In this document: positions 11,728-23,215 of the stretch, piece after piece
Numbering within the stretch: the first letter of the stretch is position 1
How the letters are laid out: every line of letters starts with the position of its first letter
From: Octopus bimaculoides
Taxonomy: Eukaryota
DNA length: 64,000 nt
NCBI RefSeq assembly: GCF_001194135.2
Contig: NC_068983.1
Span: forward strand, 32,613,417-32,677,416
Direction of reading: 5' to 3'
Notes under the pieces: generated by a model
What the model saw: the letters and a program-made list of their open reading frames with translations, nothing else
What the model was told of the DNA's origin: nothing
Database searches by the model: none
Translations under genes and position numbers: made by a program

Positions 11728-13056
11728 TGTGTGTGTGTGTGTGACAGAAAAAGTAACAATTGTGTATAGAATATTGAAAATTGAATCAGAAAAGGTGGAA
11801 GCAGCTGCAGTGGAGGCGGTCGAGGAGTGCCTCCGAGATATTAAGAACGTAGTGACGTTCTACACTAGGAAATACGGCACAGTTGAAGTTCGCTTCGTGA
11901 GCGAAGAAGAAGCGAGGAAATATTCCACTGTGCCTTTGAGATCAGCGAAGTGGGCACTACTGCCAACTTACTGTGGTAAATGTACGGCCAGAGTAAGAAT
12001 AGGTAGGGTTCCCCAGAAATTGCTGAGGCTTGGCTGGTGGCAGCCATTCTCTTCAACACAGAAGAGGACACTGAAATAATAAAAATATCAAGAACTACTA
12101 TATAAGCCTGCTAGACCTTCACAAGATTGCGGAGGAACTGATACTGCCGAACGAAGCAAGGCTGAGGATAGTGGTGGAAGGGGACACATGAAAGCTAAGT
12201 GTCCCCAGAAACACGATGAGCAGGAGACACGGAAGGAGAGGGTGCAACCTTGGAGGAGGAGATAATAGAGGAGCAATACACAGTGGTAAAACGAAAGAAG
12301 ACAGACTCGCCACCAAAATGTTCGAGGAAGAAAAGAAAGGCAAGTGGAGAGGAGAAGAAGAGTGAAAAACAAGAAAATACAAATGAGGAGAGAAAAAATG
12401 AAAAGGCAACAAAAGTAAGCGATGAGCGAACGCAAAGATCATCAACCAGTAAGGAGGAAAGAATACAGAAGAGAAAGGAAAATGAAAGAGAGATGATAGC
12501 AATACAGAATGAAAGACAGACAGAGACAGAAATGCCAGTAGCAGAGGAGGGATTGGTGAGGAGAGAAGGAGAGTGATACCAAAAAGGGAAAACATAAGAA
12601 CAATGGTGCAATACCCAAAAAGTGTGGAGATAGAGAAGAGAGTTGCTAAGATGAAGAACGTGATAAGAGTGAAATTAGCGGCCAAAGAGTATGACGAAGG
12701 TTTTAAAGCTATTTTGGTAGAAAAAGAAAGAGGAGAGAAACTGAAGGAGGTGTTTGGCGAAAAAATATAGATGACAGGAATACACTTTGGCTACGACGAA
12801 TTGCCATGGGTGGTGGCCTTTGAAGAGTTAATACAGTATATGATATAAACCAACAGATACAAGACCGATATGAACCGTGCATTTAAAAACAGTAAAATGG
12901 AACTCCCTGCTTTGTGGGGTAGGTAAGCCATTTCATTCTCATTTTCATTATATCCATAATTCATCCGATATATGTTTCTATGTTCCCCGATGTATTGTTT
13001 TGTCTGTTTTGTTTTGTCCTTTCTCTCTATTGAGGCCTTGTGCCTAATTAAAGAAA
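11728..13056 (+). mobile_element. L1/Tx1-like element carrying only a decayed ORF1 (RRM-like region, CCHC knuckle, K/E-rich tail) and a 3' tail
   Basis: ..FYTRKYGTVEVRFVSEEEARKY..ARVRIGRVP, zinc-knuckle remnant GGRGHMKAKCP, then a charged low-complexity region. It ends in CCTTGTGCCTAATTAAAGAAAT, similar to the tail at 22255-22280. No endonuclease or RT motifs were seen. Confidence 0.55.
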
Positions 13057-13223
13057 TCAGGACGTTGGTGTTGCCTTGGCAGAGCTTTGCGCTCTCTGAG
13101 TGCTCTTAATATATGTATTTTAGTCTTTGAACTGCAGCTATACGAGAGGCCGCCTTGAAGGGTTTAGTCTATTAAATCAACTGCATCACTATATCTTATA
13201 TCTGGTATATTTATTCCACCGTT

Positions 13224-13450
13224 GAAGCGTGTAGCTTAGTGGTTAAGGTGTTGGACTTATGATCGCAATATTGTGGTTTCGATTTCTGTGCCAGGCGATG
13301 CTTTTGTGTTCTTGACCAAAACATTTTATTTCATGTTGCCCCAGTCCATTCAACTGGCAAAAATAAGTAATCCTGTGACGGACTGGTGTCCCCTCCAGAG
13401 GTAGAGGAATATATACGCTAGGGAAACTGTGAAATCAGCCCTATGAGTCT
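13224..13450 (+). mobile_element. tRNA-derived SINE with CORE-like central domain
   Basis: A-box TAGCTTAGTGG and B-box-like GGTTTCGATTTC, followed by TGTGTTCTTGACCAAAACATTTTATTTCATGTTGCCCCAGTCCA (resembles the CORE domain). Confidence 0.6.
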
Positions 13451-15470
13451 GTAGGACTTGGGAAGGATCTTAATCCTTTTTTTTATTGATTCCATCACTC
13501 CCATATTATATTATATTATATATAATATAATACGCAAATACATTGAACTACACATATATATTCGTATACATGCGCGAATGTACGGACTACTTTGAAGCAA
13601 CATTAACTTTACAACGAACTCATGGAAATTTTCAGTTGAAGTGCGTATGTCTGAAAACCAACAGGTCTTTCTTAAAGAGAAAAGAAATACGAAATATTGA
13701 AAAGCAAACAAAATAGAATAGTAAAGATGTTCCAACACTATCTACTTAACGTTTCTAGAATTTTTTTCTTGCTAGCGGTTAAGAACGAAATAATTTACTA
13801 CAATATTAGTATTTTTTTCATGAAGCTGCTACAGACAAAGCATTCTCTGCTTCTCCTCCTTTATCTTCTCTTTCCAATTTTCCGTTTCTGTTATATTTTT
13901 CGCTCAATCATTCGCTTTGTTAATTTCCTCACCCTGTTTTAACCATTATCTTCCTGGTCATTCAGGACTTGTCAAATGATTTGCACTAAATAAAGTAGAC
14001 TATAAAAAGGAAAGGAAAGAAAAAAAAAAACTGTTTCGTAATTTCATCCACCGTTGCCCTTGACAAAACGTCTGAGCTGATCGGCTGACTTTCCATTTTC
14101 TTTAAGAATCGATTACATCTCACGTACGATGCATTATATGGTGGTGGGTTAAATCTCAGCGAATAGTAAATCCACTGGCTAGATTCGATGTGAAACACGC
14201 ATGACAGATTTTCATTGGTATAATAAATTCTCATAGGATGCAGTAAGAAATTATACAACTCTTTCACCTTCATTTCAAACACGCGAAATAATGAAGGCGC
14301 ATCTACACAATTGTTTAATTATAAGAATCATCAGCCAAACCTCCCATGAATAAACCCACACCCACTTAATAAAAGAGAGGTGCTTAAGATAGTCTTATAT
14401 ACTGTCAGGCTCGAAATGGTCACAACCGGGATGTCTTGACCGCAGATTTTCTCAGGGTCTAAAAGCAACAATGCGTTGTAATTGGTTTTGAACTAGTAAA
14501 ACATACACATATATATTTGCAAGCATACATGAAAAAAATGCATATATGAATTTATTTGGAATTTTTTCCGACATCTGTCTGTTTGAATCTACGTGGTGCT
14601 CTCTATCAAGGGAATGCTTAAAATAGAATACCAGTTTAAAATTCCACCCCAACTCCACTCATGTATATACATACATACACACATGAAGATGTAAAGGGGT
14701 GGAGCTTCACATGCTAATTCAGAATGGTTTATTTGAGAACCTAAGCATATACATACATACAGAAATATATTTAAATAAACATGCGCGTACACACACCTCC
14801 ACTCTCTCACCCCCACACAATGCTCTCTCTCTCTCTCTCCCTCTCTTTCTCTCTAACACTCACAATCTCTCCTCCCTCTCTCTTTCAGTCACTCCCCTTC
14901 TCTCTCTCATACATATACAACGAGTGATAATGGCTGCTAAACCGAAACTTCAAAGTCATTGTCAATGTGGCTGTATAGAAATTAATAGGCTGTATTCTAC
15001 TAAAGAAATGCTGAATGATTTATCAGTTTAAACTTAAATTGTTTTACATATAAACGATAAATTTGCGTATTTATTCCAAATATCCTCCGGAATATTGGGG
15101 TGCAAATACGCTACTAGTCGTTGTGTACGTTACAAGAAAAACAGCTTCTTTTTACGGAGATAATGTTTCCATAATAGACTCGGCTCCATGTTGCGAGGGA
15201 TTATGGGACACCGGTGTTTCGACATATTGTACCTCGTCAGCCAGTAGCGCCCGGGCCTTTGAGCCTAAACCAGGCCGTTGGTTTTGTTTATAATTTCAAG
15301 GAAATAACTGTTTGCAGATCAGAACTGATATCTGCCGACCGATAATATATGTATATATATATATATATATATAATTTTTCATAGAAAACTATGTAATCGT
15401 TACCAATATAGCAGGAGATTTCACCGCAAAAAAATCTAAATTAGACTCCTTAGGGATCGTTCCCCTTGTT

Positions 15471-15600
15471 TATATATCCAAAGTTTTAAATTTTTACATT
15501 TAAGAGAGATTTGACGCTAATATCCATTATCAATGTAATTTGTTCCTATTAGCGTCAGATCTCTCTCTTAAATGTAAAAATTTAAAACTTTGGATATATA
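15471..15600. repeat. Near-perfect 52-bp inverted repeat with 24-nt loop, TA-flanked (MITE/fold-back)
   Basis: Arms 15471-15522 and 15547-15600 differ by one substitution and a 2-nt indel. Confidence 0.9.
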
Positions 15601-16289
15601 TATATCACTTCGCATAAACATACACGTATACAGACACACACAGACATACATACGCAAATACACACACACGCACGCACATACATACACATACATACATACA
15701 TACATACATACATACATACATACATACATACATACACACCTTTAGAAATACATCGGACAGTCCAACAAAATCAGGATAAAAAAACCACCGAACCATATCT
15801 AGAAACTACCGAATAGTAACAAGTAAAAGAAATTATCAATAAGAGAAAGAACAGTGAAATGCTAATAGATAAACATTAAAAAAATCAAAACTATAAAATA
15901 ACTGAATGAAAGCTATCAATGCAAAGATGATGTAAACAATAAAGTAACAATTGAAATTACCACAAGCACAGACAACAGCGTAAGAAGTAAGATGCCAAAA
16001 CAGCATTGGAAACCGACCAATGAATTTAATAACCGTACACTCCTATAACAAAACATAGGAACCCCCACCAAAACGAAAACAATAGCTATAGGTAAAAGAA
16101 GCTATAGACAAAAGAAGATCAATCCAGTGTGTGTAAGATGAGTACGAACACGGCTAGAAAAAGAAATCTCGCCTTTGTATGGTAGTGTTATGAGAACTGA
16201 AACGAGAAAAATAATTCCTTATACATGCGCGCGCACGTACACACACATGTTAACCGGCGAGACTATAGAATATTGTTATTCACCGTTAG

Positions 16290-16495
16290 TCACGATGCAC
16301 TTCCTTGCACTATTGTAGCTTTCGAATGATGCTACACCGCTGGTTAGGTAGGCTGGCCTGATTCTCCGTGAACAGGATGCCAGTCCATTGCAGAGTAATG
16401 TGAAATCAAGAAGCTTTTTGCTCAAGATTCCAACGCACCGCCGACGTGTCAAACGGAATCACGATATTGCAACACCCTGACCACTAAGCCCCCAC
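16290..16495 (-). mobile_element. Degenerate CORE-like SINE
   Basis: GCAGAGTAATGTGAAATCAAG..TTGCTCAAGA..CAACGCAC resembles the reverse of the CORE domain, and CCTGACCACTAAGCC is a reversed A-box. Confidence 0.45.
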
Positions 16496-16557
16496 ATACC
16501 TACACGCACGTACACACACACACGCACGCACACGCGCGCACGCACACGCGCGCACGC

Positions 16558-16594
<37 letters not shown>

Positions 16595-16595
<1 letters not shown>

Positions 16596-16740
16596 CAGGC
16601 TTCTTTCGCTTTCTATGTACGAAGTCCACTCATAAAGCTTTGGTCAGCCGCGGCTATTGTAGAAGACATTTATCCAAAGTGTCACGCAGTGGTACTGGAC
16701 CATGTAGCTGGGAAGCAAATCTCTTACCATACAGTCACGA
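16595..16740 (-). mobile_element. tRNA-derived SINE family B, 5' half
   Basis: Reverse complement of the 19868-20030 sequence, adjacent to (CA)n. Confidence 0.75.
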
Positions 16741-16841
16741 GAGATAGAAATAGATAAATAAATAGACAGATACTTAGATAAATAGATAGATAGAGAAAGA
16801 GAGAGAGAAAGAGAGAGGAGTGTGTGGGAGATATATATAGA

Positions 16842-16882
<41 letters not shown>

Positions 16883-17574
16883 GATTTATATAACATAGTA
16901 TAATAAAGTGTTCCTCAGATGATCGTTGTTGTTAAGTACCCATTTGACTTGGAGCATCCAATGTAGAGTTCCAAACAACCACAACGATGAAACGTACGAA
17001 GGAACAGATAACATAAAGTGGTGTTTATCTTAATTTCTCATATTTTTCGCCTAGTTTTGGAAATATCATAAGCGATATGCATATCTATTCATTAACCCGT
17101 ACATGGTTTTAAATATAGAAAAATTACATTAAACATTTAAAAAGTTGAAACCGGATCCAGGTCAGTTAAACATGACTTTTTTCCTATATTACAAAAAATA
17201 ACCCTTTTAGCCGCAAAACTCAAAAATCTATACACTAAAACCTTTTTCTACTCAATAGTCTCGAAGCAAGTTAATTTATTTCTCTTGCTCCTACCATCTT
17301 TTACTGTTATGTTTATATATGTTATATATGTCAAACTCACCGTAAAAATATGTATACCAATATAATTTCAGTTGAAATATAATACGAAAATATTTATTCT
17401 GTGTAAACGTATATTTATATACGTTATATATTCTTCATATATATAAACACGAAATTAAGCAGTTCTCCAATTATGTTAATTGCACAAAAAATATAATATA
17501 TACGAATACATAAAATAGGAATGCTGAGATAATTTTCAAACTTTTCCTATATACATGCATATATATAGGGAGAA

Positions 17575-17930
17575 TTCACAAAAAACAACAGACGAAAATA
17601 GGTGGTGTAGAAAACAAACAGATGTATTAGTATAGCGCTCGGGAACTGAAAAAGTCTTTAACATTTCGAGCCGAAGCTCTCCCACAGAAAGGAACACAGA
17701 AAGAAACAAGGAGAGAAAAAAATGTGTGTAGTGGTTAGCGATCTATCATGGCGATATATATATATTTCTTTTGAACTTTCCCCTTTCTCCTGTGTCTGAA
17801 GAAGAGCTTTGCTCGAAACATAAAATACCCTTTCTTTCTTTCCCTGAGCGTCTTATTAATAATTTGCATATACCACCACGCTCGCACGTTGTATTTTTCT
17901 TGTCTTTTTTCTCCGTTTTTTAAAAAATTA
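17575..17930. mobile_element. Two divergent copies of a short hammerhead-bearing repeat (probable PLE pseudo-LTR (pLTR) remnants)
   Basis: Plus copy CTGAAGA-A-GAGC-TTT-GCTC-GAAA-CATAA (17796-17823). Minus copy CTGTGGG-A-GAGC-TTCG-GCTC-GAAA-TGTTA (17659-17687). Both share a downstream GAGCG..TAATA motif with the copies at 30790-30950 and 39370-39520. Confidence 0.6.
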
Positions 17931-19068
17931 TTCATTATATATATATACATGCATAGTGCACATATACATACATATGTACATACACCTATANNNNNNNNNN
18001 NNNNNNNNNNNNNNNNNNNNNNNNNNNNNNNNNNNNNNNNNNNNNNNNNNNNNNNNNNNNNNNNNNNNNNNNNNNNNNNNNNNNNNNNNNNNNNNNNNNN
18101 NNNNNNNNNNNNNNNNNNNNNNNNNNNNNNNNNNNNNNNNNNNNNNNNNNNNNNNNNNNNNNNNNNNNNNNNNNNNNNNNNNNNNNNNNNNNNNNNNNNN
18201 NNNNNNNNNNNNNNNNNNNNNNNNNNNNNNNNNNNNNNNNNNNNNNNNNCACCACCACCACCACCACCACCACCACCACCAACAACAACAACAGTACGAA
18301 AAACGATGGAGCTTCTACATGATTGCTCAATTTGTTAACAATAGTAACCGAAATTCTCTCCAACTCCTCCCTATCGTCTTGAAAATAGAATGGATTTAGC
18401 TGATGATGTAGATGTAAATACACAATGCTCGAGAGAAAAAACAGAACTGTCATCTATATTTGGAATGTCTTTAATCATAAGTTATCTCAGTCAGGGCTGA
18501 CTTGTGGTTAAACAACATCAACAACAGCTACAACAACGTCGGTGGGTTAACTTCCTTTTCTGCCTTAATGGTATAAAAACAAAAAAATAAACTATAGTGT
18601 AAACACAAGTCATTTCTTAAATATAGTTACGACTGTTATCTTTGTGTCAAGCAAATAAGCTAAAGAACAAAAGAACTGCAAATCAGAAAAAATGGCATGA
18701 TTGCAATCGATGTAGACTTACTTTACTCAGTGGCGTTAGTAAGAAACAGAAAAATATTACTGATAGTGAATGATAAATGTTAATTCTATATTTGTTCTGG
18801 ACAAAGTAATACTTTCCTCCCTGCAAAGATTAGCCTGACTTTCATATCGTTTATTGCGATGCTTCTTCTGCTCCCGGAAACTATAAGCTTTCAACTTGTG
18901 ATAAGAGTTAAGAACTTCGATTGAGTAACAGAAAACGGATTAGGTGATTAGATCAGCCTAAGAATAATTGAGAATTGGACACGTATCTTAGAACTGACGT
19001 GAACACATTTACACTCACATTTGTGTGTGTGTGTATGTGTGTGTATAATTATGATCTAGCACTTACAC

Positions 19069-19100
<32 letters not shown>

Positions 19101-19867
19101 NNNNNNNNNNNNNNNNNNNNNNNNNNNNNNNNNNNNNNNNNNNNNNNNNNNNNNNNNNNNNNNNNNNNNNNNNNNNNNNNNNNNNNNNNNNNNNNNNNNN
19201 NNNNNNNNNNNNNNNNNNNNNNNNNNNNNNNNNNNNNNNNNNNNNNNNNNNNNNNNNNNNNNNNNNNNNNNNNNNNNNNNNNNNNNNNNNNNNNNNNNNN
19301 NNNNNNNNNNNNNNNNNNNNNNNNNNNNNNNNNNNNNNNNNNNNNNNNNNNNNNNNNNNNNNNNNNNNNNNNNNNNNNNNNNNNNNNNNNNNNNNNNNNN
19401 NNNNNNNNNNNNNNNNNNNNNNNNNNNNNNNNNNNNNNNNNNNNNNNNNNNNNNNNNNNNNNNNNNNNNNNNNNNNNNNNNNNNNNNNNNNNNNNNNNNN
19501 NNNNNNNNNNNNNNNNNNNNNNNNNNNNNNNNNNNNNNNNNNNNNNNNNNNNNNNNNNNNNNNNNNNNNNNNNNNNNNNNNNNNNNNNNNNNNNNNNNNN
19601 NNNNNNNNNNNNNNNNNNNNNNNNNNNNNNNNNNNNNNNNNNNNNNNNNNNNNNNNNNNNNNNNNNNNNNNNNNNNNNNNNNNNNNNNNNNNNNNNNNNN
19701 NNNNNNNNNNNNNNNNNNNNNNNNNNNNNNNNNNNNNNNNNNNNNNNNNNNNNNNNNNNNNNNNNNNNNNNNNNNNNNNNNNNNNNNNNNNNNNNNNNNN
19801 NNNNNNNNNNNNNNNNNNNNNNNNNNNNNNNNNNNNNNNNNNNNNNNNNNNNNNNNNNNNNNNNNNN

Positions 19868-20248
19868 AGTAGCTTGCTTACCGACCACATGGTTCCGGGT
19901 TCAGTCCCACTGCGTGGCACCTTGGGCGAGTGTCTTCTACTATAGCCTCGGGCCGACCAAAGCCTTGTGAGTGGATTTGGTAGACGGAAACTGAAAGAAG
20001 CCCGTCGTATATATGTATATATATATATATGTATGTGTGTTTGTGTGTCTGTGTTTGTCCCCCCACCATCGTTTGACAACCGATACTGGTGTGTTTAGGT
20101 CCCCGTAACTTAGCGGTTTGGCAAAAAGTGACCGATAGAATAAGTACTAGGCTTCCAAAAGAATAAGTCCTGGGGTCGATTTTCTCGGCGAAAGGTGGTG
20201 CTCCAGTATGGCCGCAGTCTAATGACTGAAACAAGTAAAAGAGTAAAA
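19868..20248 (+). mobile_element. tRNA-derived SINE family B with internal (TA)n(TG)n
   Basis: ..AGTAGCTTGCTTACCGACCACATGGTTCCGGGTTCAGTCCCACTGCG head (B-box GGTTCAGTCC) and GTGGATTTGGTAGACGGAAACTGAAAGAAGCCCGTCG core, repeated at 51801, 54609 and 62040. Confidence 0.85.
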
Positions 20249-21084
20249 GAGTATAGCATTTACATGGTCATCTAATCTGCTATAAATAGCAGCCAAATCT
20301 TCCTTCCTCTTCAAAAACAAGTCACATTGGAAAATATACTCTGGAGAACAAATTACCCGAAAATGATTGAATTGTCACGGCGGGAATGCCTTTAAAACCA
20401 AATTTATCCGATCATTAGCAATGTAAAGGAAAATGAACATTTACTAACTAGAATGCAAGTTTGGTGGCGGTTGATGGCCAACTTTAAAGTCTATAAGGAA
20501 TCCATAGATCAGGAAAGTGTTCCAGATTGGCATTAGAAGTGCGTTGTTTGGCATCCTGTGAGGAGAGCCATTCTGGATGACCGCAGACGGAAAGTTGGAT
20601 ATTCATATAATTCACAAGCGCACGCGCGCAAGGCTCTATTGTCTGCAGCATTATATGTTAATGAGGGCACACTGTCAGAAAGAATACAGTCGAAGATGGA
20701 GTTTGGTCCCACTCTATTCCGTTTAAGTTATAACTGTTACCACGTGTTCTCTGAATTATTAAAATGGACTCCACACAAACTATAATGACAAAGTACGATA
20801 TTTATATAACTAAAATGAGTTCGCCGAGAATTGGTTAGAGAATTACAACAATGATTTATTTTCATGGCGGAGAGAAAATGTCAAGAATGACCTTGACCTG
20901 TGTGTTTTAATAATATATATGAATAAACTCCAGGCTACTAAAAGGTTTCCGTTCAACCAGGGAAATATTCCCAACAAATACAACAGAAAAAAATTTAGTA
21001 AACGAATTACCAAATGTTTGTATTTCTTGATTAGCTCTTTGTAGCAGGCGGTGAAATATTTTAACCCAATGCATTTTAGTATCT

Positions 21085-21260
21085 AAATTTCGAACCTGGG
21101 TTCTCATTCTTTAGGTATTTTTCGATGGTGTTGTAGTTGTTGTTGTTATTATTATTATTATTATTATTATTCAGGTCACTGCCTGGAATCGCACTGAGAA
21201 TCTTGGGGTTAGTAGCCCGCACTCTTAACCACTACACCATATGGCCATGGGCACCTCAGT
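21085..21260 (-). mobile_element. tRNA-head/(AAT)n module, left arm of a head-to-head pair, truncated just before the hammerhead
   Basis: Reverse complement of 21665-21840. Confidence 0.85.
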
Positions 21261-21279
21261 GAGATATGCCCACTGGCAT

Positions 21280-21660
21280 GTTGTTGGCACTCCGTCGCTT
21301 ACGACGTCGAGGGTTCCAGCTGATCCGATCAACGGAACAGCCTGCTCGTGAAATTAACGTGCAAGTGGCTGAGCACTCCACAGACACGTGTACCCTTAAC
21401 GTAGTTCTCGGGCATATTCAGCGTGACACAGTGTGACAAGGCTGACCCTTTGAATTACAGGCACAACAGAAACAGGAAGTAAGAGTGAGAGAAAGTTGTG
21501 GTGGAAGAGTACAGCAGGGTTCGCCACCATCCTCTGCCGGAGCCTCGTGGAGCTTTAGGTGTTTTCACTCAATAAACACTCACAATGCCTGGTCTGGGAA
21601 TCGAAACTGCGATCCTATGACCGCGAGTCTGCTGCCCTAACCACTGGGCTATTGCGCCTC
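21280..21660 (-). mobile_element. tRNA-derived SINE family C, inserted into the head-to-head pair with a 10-bp TSD
   Basis: Head GGAGGCGCAATAGCCCAGTGGTTAGGGCAGCAGACTCGCGGTCATAGGATCGCAGTTTCGATTCC. CCACTGGCAT is duplicated at 21270-21279 and 21660-21669. Confidence 0.8.
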
Positions 21661-21664
21661 CACT

Positions 21665-21734
21665 GGCATATGGCATAGTGGTTAAGAGCGCGTGTTACTA
21701 ACCCTAAGATTCTGAGTTCGATTCCAGGCCGTGA

Positions 21735-21779
<45 letters not shown>

Positions 21780-21985
21780 TAATAATAACGATAACAGCAT
21801 CGAAAAATACCTTAGGAATGAGAACCCAGGTTCGAAATTTCTCCAAGACACCTGATGAAGGCTGGAGAGTATATCAGCCGAAACGTTGTGTCAACAACAA
21901 ACAGGATGAGGGCAAATATCCGTCAAATGTAAATAATGTAAATAATGTACATAATTCCTCCTCTCTTAAATATAGAACTGTATAT
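21665..21985 (+). mobile_element. Complete tRNA-head + (AAT)n + hammerhead module (solo PLE pLTR or PLE-derived SINE)
   Basis: A-box TGGCATAGTGG (21671-21681), B-box GTTCGATTC (21716-21724), (AAT)n 21739-21790, hammerhead 21847-21892, then tail ..TGTAAATAATGTAAATAATGTAC. Homologous segments lie at 21085, 23017, 24306 and 24980. Confidence 0.85.
21847..21892 (+). ncRNA. Minimal type I hammerhead ribozyme with palindromic stem III
   Basis: GACAC-CTGATGA-A-GGCTG(gagagtatat)CAGCC-GAAA-C-GTT-GTGTC: stem I GACAC/GTGTC, core CUGAUGA..GAAA, 5-bp stem II, palindrome AACGTT and NUH triplet GUU. Confidence 0.8.
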
Positions 21986-22064
21986 TCTTAATGTATAATT
22001 ATTAAATTTGAGAGTTAACGAAACAAACAGCTTGAGAAATATTAGCGGTTTCAAATGTCATGGG

Positions 22065-22094
<30 letters not shown>

Positions 22095-22110
<16 letters not shown>

Positions 22111-22280
22111 TTTTTTCTCGATCCCTTTTGATCGAACTCCCCCTTTTTTCTTTCCTACGATCCATTTTGATCGACACCCCCTTTTTCTTCTCTTTCTCTC
22201 CTTCCCCCTCCCAAAAAGAAAAGCTCTACATTGTATTTGTCCCATCTGTGTTGATCCCTGTGTGGCTAATAAAAGAAATG
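22095..22280 (+). mobile_element. 3' tail of an L1/Tx1-like LINE embedded in (TATC)n
   Basis: Pyrimidine-rich UTR ending GATCCCTGTGTGGCTAATAAAAGAAAT, with TATC repeats on both sides and similarity to the tail at 13030-13056. Confidence 0.5.
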
Positions 22281-23016
22281 TATCTATCTATAATCGACTT
22301 ACCCCCGGAATCGCAAGCCTTGTGTCAAAATTTGAAACTGATATTTCTTGCTGATAAAGTGATATATGACTTTATCACTGTATAAAGTGATTTATCACTT
22401 TACTTCTTTATATTTCTGGTTGATTTATATACCAACCATTTATGACGTCAACAACCTTTATTTATTCTGTGGATAAACGAGTAATTGCTTTTAGTTCAAG
22501 ACTTGTTGACAAACCTGAATAGTCATCGACATATAGAGATATGTTACGAGGGAACTTGTGGGAAATATCTTATCCAATATATTTTTCAGCACGTTTTTTT
22601 CATTAACATAGACATAAATTCATAGCGCCGACTGAATGTTGAGTTGCTGTGCAATCTTGCAGATTAAATATCTCACTGAGATGCACTAAAATTGCACTGC
22701 CCGGGTTCATATACGGTGCGACTATCTACTATACATACATACATACATGCATACACACACATACATACACACAAACATATATTTACATATGTGAGTAAGC
22801 ATATATGTGTATGTATAAGCATAAGTATATGTATAAGCATATGTATATGTATATGTATAAGCATAAGTATAAGCATATGTGAGTAAGCATATATGTGCGT
22901 GCTTATAGAGAGAACGAGGGAAAGAGAAAGAGAGAGGGAAAGACAAAGAGAGAGAAAGAGAGAGAGAGGGAAACAGAAAGAGAGAGCGAGTGAGAGAGAG
23001 ACTAAAACATATACAC

Positions 23017-23159
23017 ATTATTTACAATTGACGGATTTTTGTCCTCATCTTGTTTGTTGTTTACACAACGTTTCGTCTGATATACTCTCCAGCTTTCATC
23101 AGATGTCTTGGGGGAATTTCGAATCTGGATTCTCATTCCTTAGGTACTTTTCGATGTCG

Positions 23160-23212
<53 letters not shown>
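23017..23212 (-). mobile_element. Hammerhead/tail half of the PLE pLTR module (decayed stem II)
   Basis: Minus strand (AAT)n-CATCGAAAAGTACCTAAGGAATGAG..GACAT-CTGATGA-AAGCTG..CAGAC-GAAA-CGTT-GTGTA.., homologous to 21795-21940. Confidence 0.85.

Positions 23213-23215
<3 letters not shown>

Noticed and set aside
12088-12685. Hydrophobic membrane-protein-like ORFs on the minus strand
   Set aside because: They are the antisense reading of the purine-rich K/E-coding ORF1 remnant.
13986-14282. 98-aa minus-strand ORF (..RFNPPPYNASY..)
   Set aside because: No recognisable domain, no convincing splice signals, and the length is within chance expectation.
15063-15293. ORF with DSAPC resembling the Tc1/mariner QDSAPCH motif
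   Set aside because: Only five residues match and there is no surrounding transposase similarity.
21665-21736. Functional tRNA gene (anticodon-like ACT)
   Set aside because: A and B boxes are present, but the acceptor and T stems do not pair properly, and the sequence is embedded in a repeated module; treated as a tRNA-derived head.
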